A stretch of 64,000 nt of DNA, taken from the IMG/VR virus record IMGVR_UViG_3300025407_001324. One strand, written 5' to 3'. Made by a program: the position numbers and the translations under genes. The notes below the pieces were generated by a model. The model was not told the DNA's origin and did not search any database. It saw only the letters and a program-made list of their open reading frames with translations. Every line of letters starts with the position of its first letter. The stretch's first letter is position 1. This stretch comes from an uncultured virus (IMG/VR IMGVR_UViG_3300025407_001324). Lineage: Duplodnaviria > Heunggongvirae > Uroviricota > Caudoviricetes. Below, piece after piece: positions 1-8,953 of the stretch.

Positions 1-1153
1 AGAATGTAGCAGTAAGTACATCTGGATATTCGGTTACTTTTTGTGTTTCCCAAGCTACATTAGTAGCATTGTATTTGTTAACAACTGGTGATAAACCTCC
101 GCCTAATGTAGTGGTTTTTTGCCAAACACTACCAGTTGGGGGACTTTCTCCGCCGCCCACTGGACCTTGCCACTGTGGAATATTGTAGTACGGTGCTATT
201 TGAACTTGGGGAACAGTAAAAGTACCTGAGTGGAGTCCTAATGCTTGCATTACATTAGTATCTCCTGTAATTGTTATTTGTTGTCCGCTGCTTAAAGCAG
301 AGCCAGTTAGAATCAGCTGATTAACACTATTGGTAGTAGCAACAACATTATTACTATCTGGACCAGCACCGTTGATTGTTGCAATAATACTGGCTAAATT
401 TTCACCAGAAGTAAATGTAATGTTTGTACCGTTAACATCTATTGTTCCGCCGCCGCTAGGAATGACAGGATTCAATACCGAACCTGTTATTGTAGGAATA
501 TCGTATTGCCATTGTGTTGACCCAACTATATTCCAAGTATTGCTCAATCCTTTATAGTAAAGAACATTATTACTTTGATAAGCATTGACAGCATAACTAC
601 CAATTCCACCAAGTGTTACATTAGGTGTTGTATTACTTACTAGTAATGAAGGATTGGTGATTACAATCGGAGATTGTTCAGTGAATGACTGAGTAAATGC
701 GTCCCACTGATAAATTCCCCAATTGGTAGTAGATGTATCTAACCAGTAAGTACCAGTTGCTGGATTATCTACAGGACGAATAGTCGTACCTGTTAATCCG
801 CCTAAGTCTACATTAGCACGTTGTACATATACTGTATTCGATACTCCCAACAAACTATATGCAGCCATCAAGCCGTATTCATTTTGCTCGTCAGCATTAA
901 TAGCAGCACCACTATTAGTAGTTGCAAAGAATGGGTTACCAAATGTGGTAACTAAATCTCTTTGACTAGTAATGGTATATACTTTGTCTGCATTCTGACT
1001 TAGTGTCCCGGCCGCAATTGAAGTGCCGCCTGGAGCTGTTTTGTTTTGTGCAGTTGCCAATAAAATATAAGCAACAGTCCCTAAACTATTAGGACTGTAA
1101 TTGCTTTCATCTGTTACTGTAACTGATACGCCTGGACTTACTAGCGTTGCCAT
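1..1153 (-). CDS. Contractile tail sheath protein (T4 gp18-like), N-terminal part; runs off the left edge
   Basis: Not in the ORF track. Manual translation from CAT at 1151-1153 gives MATLVSPGVSVTVTDESNY...ITSQRDLVTTFGNPFF...EQNEYGLMAAYSLLG...YVQRA. The LxSPGVxV start and 'L...FGxP' are typical of sheath proteins. An AAGGA SD and a TAAATA site lie upstream. Confidence 0.85.
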   Translation of the reverse strand, partial: MATLVSPGVSVTVTDESNYSPNSLGTVAYILLATAQNKTAPGGTSIAAGTLSQNADKVYTITSQRDLVTTFGNPFFATTNSGAAINADEQNEYGLMAAYSLLGVSNTVYVQRANVDLGGLTGTTIRPVDNPATGTYWLDTSTTNWGIYQWDAFTQSFTEQSPIVITNPSLLVSNTTPNVTLGGIGSYAVNAYQSNNVLYYKGLSNTWNIVGSTQWQYDIPTITGSVLNPVIPSGGGTIDVNGTNITFTSGENLASIIATINGAGPDSNNVVATTNSVNQLILTGSALSSGQQITITGDTNVMQALGLHSGTFTVPQVQIAPYYNIPQWQGPVGGGESPPTGSVWQKTTTLGGGLSPVVNKYNATNVAWETQKVTEYPDVLTATF

Positions 1154-1210
1154 AGTGTTTTTCCTTTAACGTGTAAAAATAAGAAATTAACCTTAAATTC
1201 TTTATAAAGA

Positions 1211-1216
1211 TATTTA
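1211..1216 (-). promoter_or_regulatory. T4-like late promoter core (ATAAATA) for the tail sheath gene
   Basis: TATTTA(T) on the + strand; the same motif precedes most structural genes in the window. Confidence 0.6.
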
Positions 1217-1267
1217 TCGTATTTGGAGAAATAACTGTGGCTTAGGTGCCTTTGCCAAAGGTTTGAT

Positions 1268-1273
1268 TAAATA
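1268..1273 (+). promoter_or_regulatory. T4-like late promoter core TAAATA, 5 nt before the ATG at 1279
   Basis: Sequence TAAATA-ttagt-ATG. Confidence 0.55.
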
Positions 1274-1278
1274 TTAGT

Positions 1279-1629
1279 ATGATTAGACCCGTTTGTCAGA
1301 GTTGTAAACAAAATCCGTCGGCCGTTAACTACGTTAAAGACGGTAAACACCACTATCGAAGACTATGTAGCAGTTGTAGTCGAAAAGGCAACAAATTAAA
1401 GCCTATACCCCCCGCGTGGTTTAAGGCTGGGTACAGGAAACGCACAGTTTGCGATCATTGCGGTTGGAAGGCCAAATATCCTGACAAACAAATGACAGTA
1501 TTCCATGTAGACGGCAACTTACGCAACAATAGCCAATTTAACTTAAAAAGTATTTGCTTGAATTGCAGAGTAGAAATCGGCCTTAGTAAGCTACCTTGGC
1601 AAGAAGCTGAAGTTAAACCAGATTTTTAA
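1279..1629 (+). CDS. Zn-finger/HNH-like protein
   Basis: Four CxxC pairs and an HNH-type segment HVDGNLRNNSQFNLKSICLNC. Confidence 0.7.
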   Translation: MIRPVCQSCKQNPSAVNYVKDGKHHYRRLCSSCSRKGNKLKPIPPAWFKAGYRKRTVCDHCGWKAKYPDKQMTVFHVDGNLRNNSQFNLKSICLNCRVEIGLSKLPWQEAEVKPDF

Positions 1630-2224
1630 GTTGCGAGTATAAGTCGTCTATAGTGCCGTTATTGTCTACGACAACATCAAAATCAGTACCAGCCCATGAT
1701 GTTTCACTAGCGTGTATATTATTTGCTTTGAGCCATTCAGCAGCTTTGGTATCTCCTTTGTTTGCTTTTGATGCAATATCGTACCAATGGGGAATTATAC
1801 CGCGTTGTATCCACACAATTCTACCACCTTGTGCTCTTATGGCAGCTATTTCGTTAGGAAATCTACAGTCAGTGATAACTGTGCTGTCGTTGGTATTTCT
1901 AAGTTTGTTTTCTAAGCTGGCAATCCACATATCATCGTGGAATCCTTGTCTGCAGACTTCTGTGCCCCAATATTGTAGTATCCAACGGGGAGTAAGATGT
2001 GGCATATTCAAGCGTTGGCTCCACCATGGATCTATTTCTTCTCGCCAAGCCCTTGCAGTTTTAGTACGGCCTTCTAATAGTTCTCGGTCCCAACCAAATA
2101 CTGCGCTAACTGCATCTTTAAGACTGCTTGCAAAACTGTCCCTACGAAACTCGTGAAAGTTAACAAGATAGTCTGCAGCAGTATCTTTACCACTGCCAAT
2201 TAATCCACAAAATCCTATGATCAT
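1613..2224 (-). CDS. Deoxynucleoside monophosphate kinase (T4 gp1-like)
   Basis: P-loop GLIGSGKDT, plus FASSLKD, TPRWILQYWGTE, ITDCRFPNE and HASE motifs of phage dNMP kinases. Confidence 0.9.
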   Translation of the reverse strand: MIIGFCGLIGSGKDTAADYLVNFHEFRRDSFASSLKDAVSAVFGWDRELLEGRTKTARAWREEIDPWWSQRLNMPHLTPRWILQYWGTEVCRQGFHDDMWIASLENKLRNTNDSTVITDCRFPNEIAAIRAQGGRIVWIQRGIIPHWYDIASKANKGDTKAAEWLKANNIHASETSWAGTDFDVVVDNNGTIDDLYSQLKNLV

Positions 2225-2247
2225 AACAACTCCTGCGTGAGTTGCTA
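2224..2247 (-). promoter_or_regulatory. RNA hairpin sequestering the SD and AUG of the dNMP kinase gene
   Basis: mRNA UAGCAACUC-ACGCAG-GAGUUGUUA(UG): 9-bp stem with one G-U pair, covering AGGAG and the A of AUG. Confidence 0.55.
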
Positions 2248-2276
2248 GTATAACATTAACCAGTAACCCAAGTCAA
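2247..2276 (-). promoter_or_regulatory. sigma70-type promoter for the dNMP kinase gene
   Basis: Minus strand TTGACT-18 nt-TATACT with an extended -10 TGn, overlapping the end of the neck gene. Confidence 0.5.
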
Positions 2277-3410
2277 CGGTTGTGAGCCATCTACATAGTT
2301 TCTTATATCTAATTCGAGCTTTTCCATTTCGGCTTGGCCTTCTGCCATAAGAGCAGCACCATTTAGTTGTGTACCACCTTGTGGTCCTGCAATTTGAGCA
2401 AACTTGCCACGAGCTTGTCCTAAAATAGTTTTACAAAATGCGAGTGCATATTCTTGCAACCAAGGATAAACAAACTGGTCACTTAACAACACGCTATCTG
2501 GTTTGTAATTATAGACCCATAATAGCACACTTTCGGTATTGTCTACGCTATCCAATTCTGGACTCCAAATTTGAGTTTGGCTCATTGCATAGTCAGTTAG
2601 TTCTAAACTACCTAAAGGTTGTTGTGCAGTAACTGTAATAACATTACCGCCTGCCCCAACTGTTTGCACAATGTATTGGCCAGCCCACCCTGCTACTGTA
2701 GGGTTAATAATGTAGATACTGTTGCCTGCTTGTAAAGGCCAAGGCACATTAAATGTAATAGTAATAGTGGCACCAACATTTTGACTACTGGCCACAATAC
2801 TTTGAATAGGTAAAAATGTATGACCGTACTGGGGGATCTTTCTAACCACAGTAAGTTTCTTAGTAACACGATTAAATGTATAATTCATATAACCGCCAAA
2901 CATAGTCATAGCTAATTTTTGATATTGTGTAAACATTTCGTAATTGGTTAATCCCCCAACTCGACCTGCAACCAACATATAAGTATTCAAATAACCGCTG
3001 GCAAATGGTTCAAATTGACTTGCAGTTGTACCTGTCACACTTCCAATACCACGACGGAAGATAGTACGCACATCCATAATATTATTGGGCAGTATGTATT
3101 CCTGTGTTTCAGGCAAAAGGTCCAAAAACGCATAACTTTCTTCTTGTGCATTACTGGCCAATTGTCGATATTTAGTAAGTGACTGCTTAATAGCAAGCTC
3201 AAAGTGTTCTTTGTCTAATTCAACATCAACAATACCGTCGCCCAAACGCAATCTAATGTAATCAGTCATTTGATTACGAAGTTGATTTAGTGTTTGGATA
3301 TTACCGGCGGCATCAATTGCACTATTGATGTCAATTGGCCCAGGACCACCAAGATTCTGGGTTTGAAGGCTTAGGTCGTTTTGCAGACCTGGGGTCATTT
3401 GTACTGGCAT
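2256..3410 (-). CDS. Neck protein (T4 gp13-like head-tail adaptor)
   Basis: YIRLRLGDGIVDVELDKEHFELAI N-terminus and WLQEYALAFCKTILGQARGKF...GPQGGTQLNG...EGQAEMEKLE C-terminus, typical of gp13. Confidence 0.85.
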   Translation of the reverse strand: MPVQMTPGLQNDLSLQTQNLGGPGPIDINSAIDAAGNIQTLNQLRNQMTDYIRLRLGDGIVDVELDKEHFELAIKQSLTKYRQLASNAQEESYAFLDLLPETQEYILPNNIMDVRTIFRRGIGSVTGTTASQFEPFASGYLNTYMLVAGRVGGLTNYEMFTQYQKLAMTMFGGYMNYTFNRVTKKLTVVRKIPQYGHTFLPIQSIVASSQNVGATITITFNVPWPLQAGNSIYIINPTVAGWAGQYIVQTVGAGGNVITVTAQQPLGSLELTDYAMSQTQIWSPELDSVDNTESVLLWVYNYKPDSVLLSDQFVYPWLQEYALAFCKTILGQARGKFAQIAGPQGGTQLNGAALMAEGQAEMEKLELDIRNYVDGSQPLTWVTG

Positions 3411-3429
3411 AATTGTGTCCTACTAACCA

Positions 3430-3435
3430 TATTTA
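3430..3435 (-). promoter_or_regulatory. Late promoter core TAAATA for the neck gene
   Basis: TATTTA on the + strand, 19 nt upstream of the ATG, with an AGGA SD in between. Confidence 0.55.
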
Positions 3436-3452
3436 GCTAATAGGAAACTATA

Positions 3453-4628
3453 TTATGCCGCTTTTAGCAGTACTATGTCTGTACTAATACGCCCTGTTAG
3501 TTGCGTATCTGTTGCACGAATATCATCTAAAAACTTACGCAACTGTACCTTACCTGCTTTAGCAAATTCTTTTAATTGCTCTGCAGGCTTACGCAAGGTC
3601 TTTTGCACACTCTTGGTAGAATCAAAGTTTTCAATAGTTGTGCCTTTAATGGTCAACGTCTTGTATGCATCTGCAGTATATCTACCCAATTTACGATATT
3701 TGGTATTGTAAACCCATAATTCTGTAGCACCAATAATATCGGCAGGATTAATACTGACAATTTTAAGTTCTTTGAACTCTTTACTGTACTTTAACTTGCT
3801 GATCAATTTCTCTTTCGAAGGTGCTTTTTTCACACGAGCTTTTTTAACTGCTTTTTTCACACTTCTATATTGATCAATCGCTACCAAAAGATCATCAATC
3901 CAAGCAATCAAACGTTTGAAGTCTGCGGCTTTATAATGACGATACCCTTCTTTAAGGTCTTCGTCTTGCTTGGCCAATGCCGATTCAAGCTCTAGTTTGC
4001 GTTTGGTATAAACCAATTCATATTTGCTTAATTGACTTTGTACTACATTGTTTGACACAAGATACTCGTAGGGCTTAAATGTAGTCTTTGTTGCTTTTGT
4101 GGCTTCGTCATAATGACCTTCTAACTCGCCGATAATTTCAGCAGTTTTTTCATTAAGGCGATCCTGGATAGTGGGCACGTATGCTTTAGGTTTTTCCTCA
4201 GCAGTCTCAACCACAGTATCTTCAGGTTCGGCTAAACCGATAGATTTGTTAATAGCTTCTGTAATAAACTCAATGTGACGTCCACGGAATGGCATACCTG
4301 CACGATGTGCCATAATGAGGCTACAGGCTGTCATTGACATATTACGGTCACTACTGCGAATAAACGCACTTACTTCTTGTTTGGAAAATGTACTAGGTTG
4401 TGCTTGCATCCATTCTACAATGTATTTTTTACAGTCTTTTTGAGTATAGTAATAATTGTAGTAATAGAAACTCTTGCGCAGATAATGATCAAAAGTTTCG
4501 TTATCAAACTTTTCTGCTGCTTCTGTATCCCAAGTTGGCTCCCCACCTGTGTACTTTTCATCCATAAACTGGCCGCCACGTGGCTTAGCCACTTTGGTTT
4601 TGATTTTAATTCCTGCTACTGTCGCCAT
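3453..4628 (-). CDS. Conserved hypothetical protein of T4-like phages, basic C-terminal domain
   Basis: 391-aa ORF with a strong AGGAG SD. The Lys-rich C-terminus (IIGATELWVYNTKYRKL...KTLRKP) resembles a myophage-conserved protein; function unknown. Confidence 0.7.
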   Translation of the reverse strand: MATVAGIKIKTKVAKPRGGQFMDEKYTGGEPTWDTEAAEKFDNETFDHYLRKSFYYYNYYYTQKDCKKYIVEWMQAQPSTFSKQEVSAFIRSSDRNMSMTACSLIMAHRAGMPFRGRHIEFITEAINKSIGLAEPEDTVVETAEEKPKAYVPTIQDRLNEKTAEIIGELEGHYDEATKATKTTFKPYEYLVSNNVVQSQLSKYELVYTKRKLELESALAKQDEDLKEGYRHYKAADFKRLIAWIDDLLVAIDQYRSVKKAVKKARVKKAPSKEKLISKLKYSKEFKELKIVSINPADIIGATELWVYNTKYRKLGRYTADAYKTLTIKGTTIENFDSTKSVQKTLRKPAEQLKEFAKAGKVQLRKFLDDIRATDTQLTGRISTDIVLLKAA

Positions 4629-4631
4629 TGT

Positions 4632-5060
4632 TTACTCCTGATTAATAACAGCAAATAATTTGTTTGATAAAATTCGCTCACGACTCCAAGCATCTTGTTC
4701 CCAAGGTTGGTCGTAATACTTAGCCTTTACCTGCTTGCCCATCCAGTAATGTACTGGAAGACCACGTTTGATTTCTTGTTTATACTGGCCACGCACAAAT
4801 TGCTTAACGTGTACCATTTCGTGACTCAACACTTCTGTAAAACGTTCAAACTCCATAGACGACTCTAAAAACATCACTAACTGTTTAGGTCCAGCATCGA
4901 TTACGCTACCACGAATGCCTTCTTCTTTGGGGAAACGTTTGAGCTGGATTTGCAGTTTCCAAGTGCTGTTGCTGATTCTTAGTTCTTTTGCAATAAAACC
5001 TGCGCAGGCTTTAACTAACTCGGCTCTGCCCTGTCCTCGACATTTTACTGTAATTTCCAT
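4632..5060 (-). CDS. Putative zinc metallopeptidase (HExxH)
   Basis: VLSHEMVHVKQ followed by YYDQPWEQDA (probable third-ligand Glu). Confidence 0.75.
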   Translation of the reverse strand: MEITVKCRGQGRAELVKACAGFIAKELRISNSTWKLQIQLKRFPKEEGIRGSVIDAGPKQLVMFLESSMEFERFTEVLSHEMVHVKQFVRGQYKQEIKRGLPVHYWMGKQVKAKYYDQPWEQDAWSRERILSNKLFAVINQE

Positions 5061-5090
5061 AGTAGCCTACGTTTTGTGTTGTAAAAATAC

Positions 5091-5119
5091 ATTATACTGC
5101 AGATCAGTATTAATGTCAA
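5091..5119 (-). promoter_or_regulatory. Perfect-consensus sigma70 (early) promoter
   Basis: Minus strand TTGACA (5119-5114), 17-nt spacer, TATAAT (5096-5091). Confidence 0.85.
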
Positions 5120-5376
5120 TAAATCAAATTCGCAAAGGTTGTCCACTGTTCAAATTCACTAATACTTAGGTTTAAGTTAGTTTCTAATTCTGTATACTTT
5201 TGTGTTAACTTTTTCCTACGTCTGCACTCTACCAATTCTTGGCTCATTTCTGTGTGGATTTTACGACAGTTTGTATACATTTTATACAGTTGACTACGGG
5301 CCCGCATATCGTTAACCGCACTGATACAGGCTAACATTTCACTAAATTTTGGCTCGTAGTCTATAATTTGTGTCAT
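5116..5376 (-). CDS. Hypothetical protein (86 aa, predicted helical)
   Basis: ORF starts 6 nt after a consensus -10 box. Confidence 0.7.
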   Translation of the reverse strand: MTQIIDYEPKFSEMLACISAVNDMRARSQLYKMYTNCRKIHTEMSQELVECRRRKKLTQKYTELETNLNLSISEFEQWTTFANLIY

Positions 5377-5382
5377 CCCACA

Positions 5383-5411
5383 ATTATACGGTAATTGAAA
5401 TTTAATGTCAA
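5383..5411 (-). promoter_or_regulatory. Perfect-consensus sigma70 (early) promoter
   Basis: Minus strand TTGACA (5411-5406), 17-nt spacer, TATAAT (5388-5383). Confidence 0.85.
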
Positions 5412-5418
5412 TGTTGCA

Positions 5419-5425
5419 ATAAATA
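5419..5425 (+). promoter_or_regulatory. Late promoter core ATAAATA for the gp14/gp15-like operon
   Basis: ATAAATA 20 nt upstream of the ATG at 5446. Confidence 0.6.
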
Positions 5426-5445
5426 CACTATAAACGGGACAAATA

Positions 5446-6918
5446 ATGCCAAGACTATCTTTGTGGCGAGAAAACCACAGCAATGATTACAAATTTTTCG
5501 ATCGTAGAATCTCCGAAGAGTTTACTATTGGCGGTACCGGTGTGTACTTGCACAAATATCTTGGCCCTACTAGTCAAGTACAGGCATACAATACTACTGC
5601 AACTGTAACTGCCAATTCAAATGTATTACCTTTTGGTAATGTCAGTGCAATGGCTGTCGGGCAAACTGTTAGCGGAATTGGAATTGCAAGTGGCACTGTT
5701 GTTACAAATGTTAATTTTGGTGCAAACACAGTAACCATTAATAATCCAATTACATCTACTATTAGCAGTAATAGTCCAGTTAGCATATATTGGAACAATC
5801 CAGAAAAACCTGCTTATCAAAATCAATCTGCAACTAATATACAAGATTTACTGTTTGTTGAAAATCGTGATAGAAAATACGATACTAGCATATACAGTCT
5901 CAGAGGAATTTACACAGTAAATGATAATGACTTTGACTTGCAACAATTTGGAATCTTTTTAAGTGCAGATACTGTTATGATGACTTTCCATCTAAACGAT
6001 GTTGTTACTACTGTTGGCAGAAAACTAATGTCAGGAGATGTATTAGAATTGTTGCATAAAAAGGATTACTACCCGTTGGATGCAGCTATTCCAGCAGTAC
6101 TAAAACGTTACTATGTTATTCAAGATGTAACATTTGCCGCCGAAGGATTCAGTGCTACTTGGTGGCCGCATTTAGTCAGAGTCAAAATGACACCGCTAGT
6201 GGATGCACAAGAATACAAAGATATTTTGAACAATGTTACTGCAGGCGATGCAGCAAATACCCCGATTGGGCAAATACTGTCTAACTATAACAAGCTCAAT
6301 GAAATTAACGATGCAGTACTAGCTCAAGCACAAATTGATGTTCCGTTAAGTGGATACAATACTGATACACTTTATGTGGAACCAACTTTACCGGATGGTA
6401 GTCCCGGAGATCCCACTGGACAAACTGTTGATTTTACTAATTTATATGTAGACAGTAATGTCGATTACGTTAATACTTTACCCTATAGACCTGCTCAAAA
6501 CACACCAGGGTATTTGACCACCGATAGCCAACCACCAAATGGATTTGTTGCTAATGTTAGTACTAGTTTCCCAACTGATCCTAGTTTTCCAGCAGCAAAT
6601 ACCAGCATTGGGCAGTACACTAAATTTAGTCCCGAGGATTTGGCTATTATCAGTAACACCCAATTTCCACCTTTGCCACAAATTGGCGACTATATATTAA
6701 GAGTAGATTTTTTACCTAATAGATTATTTCGATGGGACGGCGCTAGATGGGTTGTTGTGCAAGATGTAGTCAGAGCCAATTTAACACCGGGTGCAGATAA
6801 TAAGACTTTAACCAGTACATTTATCAATGATACCAGTACATATACAAATAAAGAAGGTCAGACTTTGCCAACAAGACAAAATCTCAACCAAGCACTAACA
6901 CCACGTGCAGATAACTAA
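5446..6918 (+). CDS. Virion structural protein, probably neck/head-closure protein (gp14-like)
   Basis: Sits directly before the gp15-like gene under a late promoter. Segments FDLQQFGIFL...GRKLMSGDVLEL resemble head-closure proteins; assignment rests mostly on synteny. Confidence 0.6.
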   Translation: MPRLSLWRENHSNDYKFFDRRISEEFTIGGTGVYLHKYLGPTSQVQAYNTTATVTANSNVLPFGNVSAMAVGQTVSGIGIASGTVVTNVNFGANTVTINNPITSTISSNSPVSIYWNNPEKPAYQNQSATNIQDLLFVENRDRKYDTSIYSLRGIYTVNDNDFDLQQFGIFLSADTVMMTFHLNDVVTTVGRKLMSGDVLELLHKKDYYPLDAAIPAVLKRYYVIQDVTFAAEGFSATWWPHLVRVKMTPLVDAQEYKDILNNVTAGDAANTPIGQILSNYNKLNEINDAVLAQAQIDVPLSGYNTDTLYVEPTLPDGSPGDPTGQTVDFTNLYVDSNVDYVNTLPYRPAQNTPGYLTTDSQPPNGFVANVSTSFPTDPSFPAANTSIGQYTKFSPEDLAIISNTQFPPLPQIGDYILRVDFLPNRLFRWDGARWVVVQDVVRANLTPGADNKTLTSTFINDTSTYTNKEGQTLPTRQNLNQALTPRADN

Positions 6919-6926
6919 ACAACACT

Positions 6927-8537
6927 ATGCAACAATTTTTCTATTCAGGGCAAATCCGAAGATACCTTACTCAGTTTATTCGTATACTCAGTAACTTTCA
7001 AGTTGAATTCGGATTTGACCGAAACAACAGTATTGCACTTCAAAGAGTCCCTGTGATTTATGGCGATAGCAGTCGTCAAGGTATGGCTATTCTAAAACAA
7101 AACAGTGAAAACTATTTGAATAGTGTTCCTGCTATGGCTGTTTATATTAGTGAACTAAAATACGACAGGGAAAGAGTGCAGAATCCAACGTATGTAGGTA
7201 AACTAAATTTACGTGAAAGATTCTTTGATCCTAGCACTGGGGATTTTAGTACTACCCAAGGCGATTTATTAACTGTCGAAAGACTAATGCCTGTGCCTTA
7301 TCGATTAACTCTCAAGGTAGATATTTGGACCAGTAATACTGAACAAAAATTACAACTGATTGAGCAAATTTCAACCTTGTTTAATCCGTCTATGGAAATT
7401 CAAAGCACAGACAACTATGTTGATTGGACCAGTATTACTTACATAACACTGACTGATACTACCTGGAGTTCAAGAACTGTGCCAATTGGTACTGAAAATC
7501 CCATTGACGTTGCTACACTAACTTTTGAATTACCAATATTCCTAAGTGCACCTGCGCTGGTTAAGAAATTGGGAGTTGTTCAAAAAATTATTGCCAGTAT
7601 TTTTGACTCAGACGGCAACATAGACGAAGCCATTTATAGTGATGCCAATTTGATGAGTCGACAATATATTACACCATTACAGTACGGAGTAATATTAATA
7701 GACAATACTGTAAAATTAGTGCAAGAACACGATCCGGTAATCGATCCTACTGCACAACAAGTTATTAAACAATTGACTTCGTCTGTCAGAAATGGCACAA
7801 CTGTTGTAGTTGATAACACAGACGGTATAGAACCTGGAATGATAGTCGGTACACTAGCTGTAACCGACGGTGCAACACCTGTTGCAACTGTAAGCAATAA
7901 TAGTGTAGTGGTGAGCATCAACGGTACAACTGTTACAACCAGTAATATTGTTACAGGATTTGACGGTGACTTGATTACATTTAATGCTGTTACACATAAA
8001 ATTGGAACGAACTTACCTTGGAGAACTGTTGTCAATATCTACGGTAACTTGGTCAATGGTGGTAGCCAAATTAGATTTACACTTCCGGATCGTAACGAAG
8101 TAATCGGTACTGTAGCATATAATCCTGTTGACGATACTGTACTAATGTGGACTCCGGATATAGATACTATACCAGCAAATACATTAGTTCCTGTCAATGC
8201 TATAATCGATCCGCAGAACAGCAGACCAAATAAAGATCTTCAAGACCTAGCCGACGGCACACGCTATTTGTTGGTCAACGATTATATAACTACTCCAGGT
8301 GCACAACCACAATACAATTGGATGGGCAGAGATAATACACCATTATATGCAGTTGCTAACGATATTATACAATTTAATGGGCAACACTGGCAAGTAGCAT
8401 TTGACAGTAGAGCCACTTCTGCAGTAAACTATGTTACTAACTTAACTACCAGTGTACAGTATAAATGGGACGGTGCACAATGGACCAAGAGTTATGAAGG
8501 GTATTACCCAGCAGGACAATGGCAACTAATAATCTAA
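6927..8537 (+). CDS. Tail sheath stabilizer/terminator (T4 gp15-like) with C-terminal extension
   Basis: FFYSGQIRRYLTQFIRILSN, RVPVIYG, PVPYRLTLKVDIW...LQLIEQISTLFNP motifs. Confidence 0.85.
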   Translation: MQQFFYSGQIRRYLTQFIRILSNFQVEFGFDRNNSIALQRVPVIYGDSSRQGMAILKQNSENYLNSVPAMAVYISELKYDRERVQNPTYVGKLNLRERFFDPSTGDFSTTQGDLLTVERLMPVPYRLTLKVDIWTSNTEQKLQLIEQISTLFNPSMEIQSTDNYVDWTSITYITLTDTTWSSRTVPIGTENPIDVATLTFELPIFLSAPALVKKLGVVQKIIASIFDSDGNIDEAIYSDANLMSRQYITPLQYGVILIDNTVKLVQEHDPVIDPTAQQVIKQLTSSVRNGTTVVVDNTDGIEPGMIVGTLAVTDGATPVATVSNNSVVVSINGTTVTTSNIVTGFDGDLITFNAVTHKIGTNLPWRTVVNIYGNLVNGGSQIRFTLPDRNEVIGTVAYNPVDDTVLMWTPDIDTIPANTLVPVNAIIDPQNSRPNKDLQDLADGTRYLLVNDYITTPGAQPQYNWMGRDNTPLYAVANDIIQFNGQHWQVAFDSRATSAVNYVTNLTTSVQYKWDGAQWTKSYEGYYPAGQWQLII

Positions 8538-8953
8538 AACAAAGTTGTGGTGCACTTATATATTCAACAAGCACCAACAGATATCTATTCCTATTAAGAA
8601 ATGGTGGGAGATTCCCTGACACGTGGGGAATAGTGGGCGGAAAAATAGAATCGGGAGAATCTATACTTGACGGACTTCAAAGAGAAATACGAGAAGAACT
8701 TGGCGGGGAAATTAAAGGAGCCAAGATACTACCCATCGAACAATACACCAGTAACAAAGGTACATTTATCTATCATACTTTTTTAATCAAAGTAGAAGAT
8801 GAATTTTTACCTGCGTTAAATCATGAACATCACGGATATTGTTGGGTTACATTGGACCATATGCCTAGACCGTTGCATCCAGGAGTTTGGAGAACATTCA
8901 AGTTCAAAGCCAATAAAGATAAAATACAGGTTTTAGAAAAGATCAGAGATTAA
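8519..8953 (+). CDS. NUDIX hydrolase
   Basis: Nudix box GGKIESGESILDGLQREIREELG and a C-terminal LNHEH...W motif. Confidence 0.9.
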   Translation: MATNNLKQSCGALIYSTSTNRYLFLLRNGGRFPDTWGIVGGKIESGESILDGLQREIREELGGEIKGAKILPIEQYTSNKGTFIYHTFLIKVEDEFLPALNHEHHGYCWVTLDHMPRPLHPGVWRTFKFKANKDKIQVLEKIRD

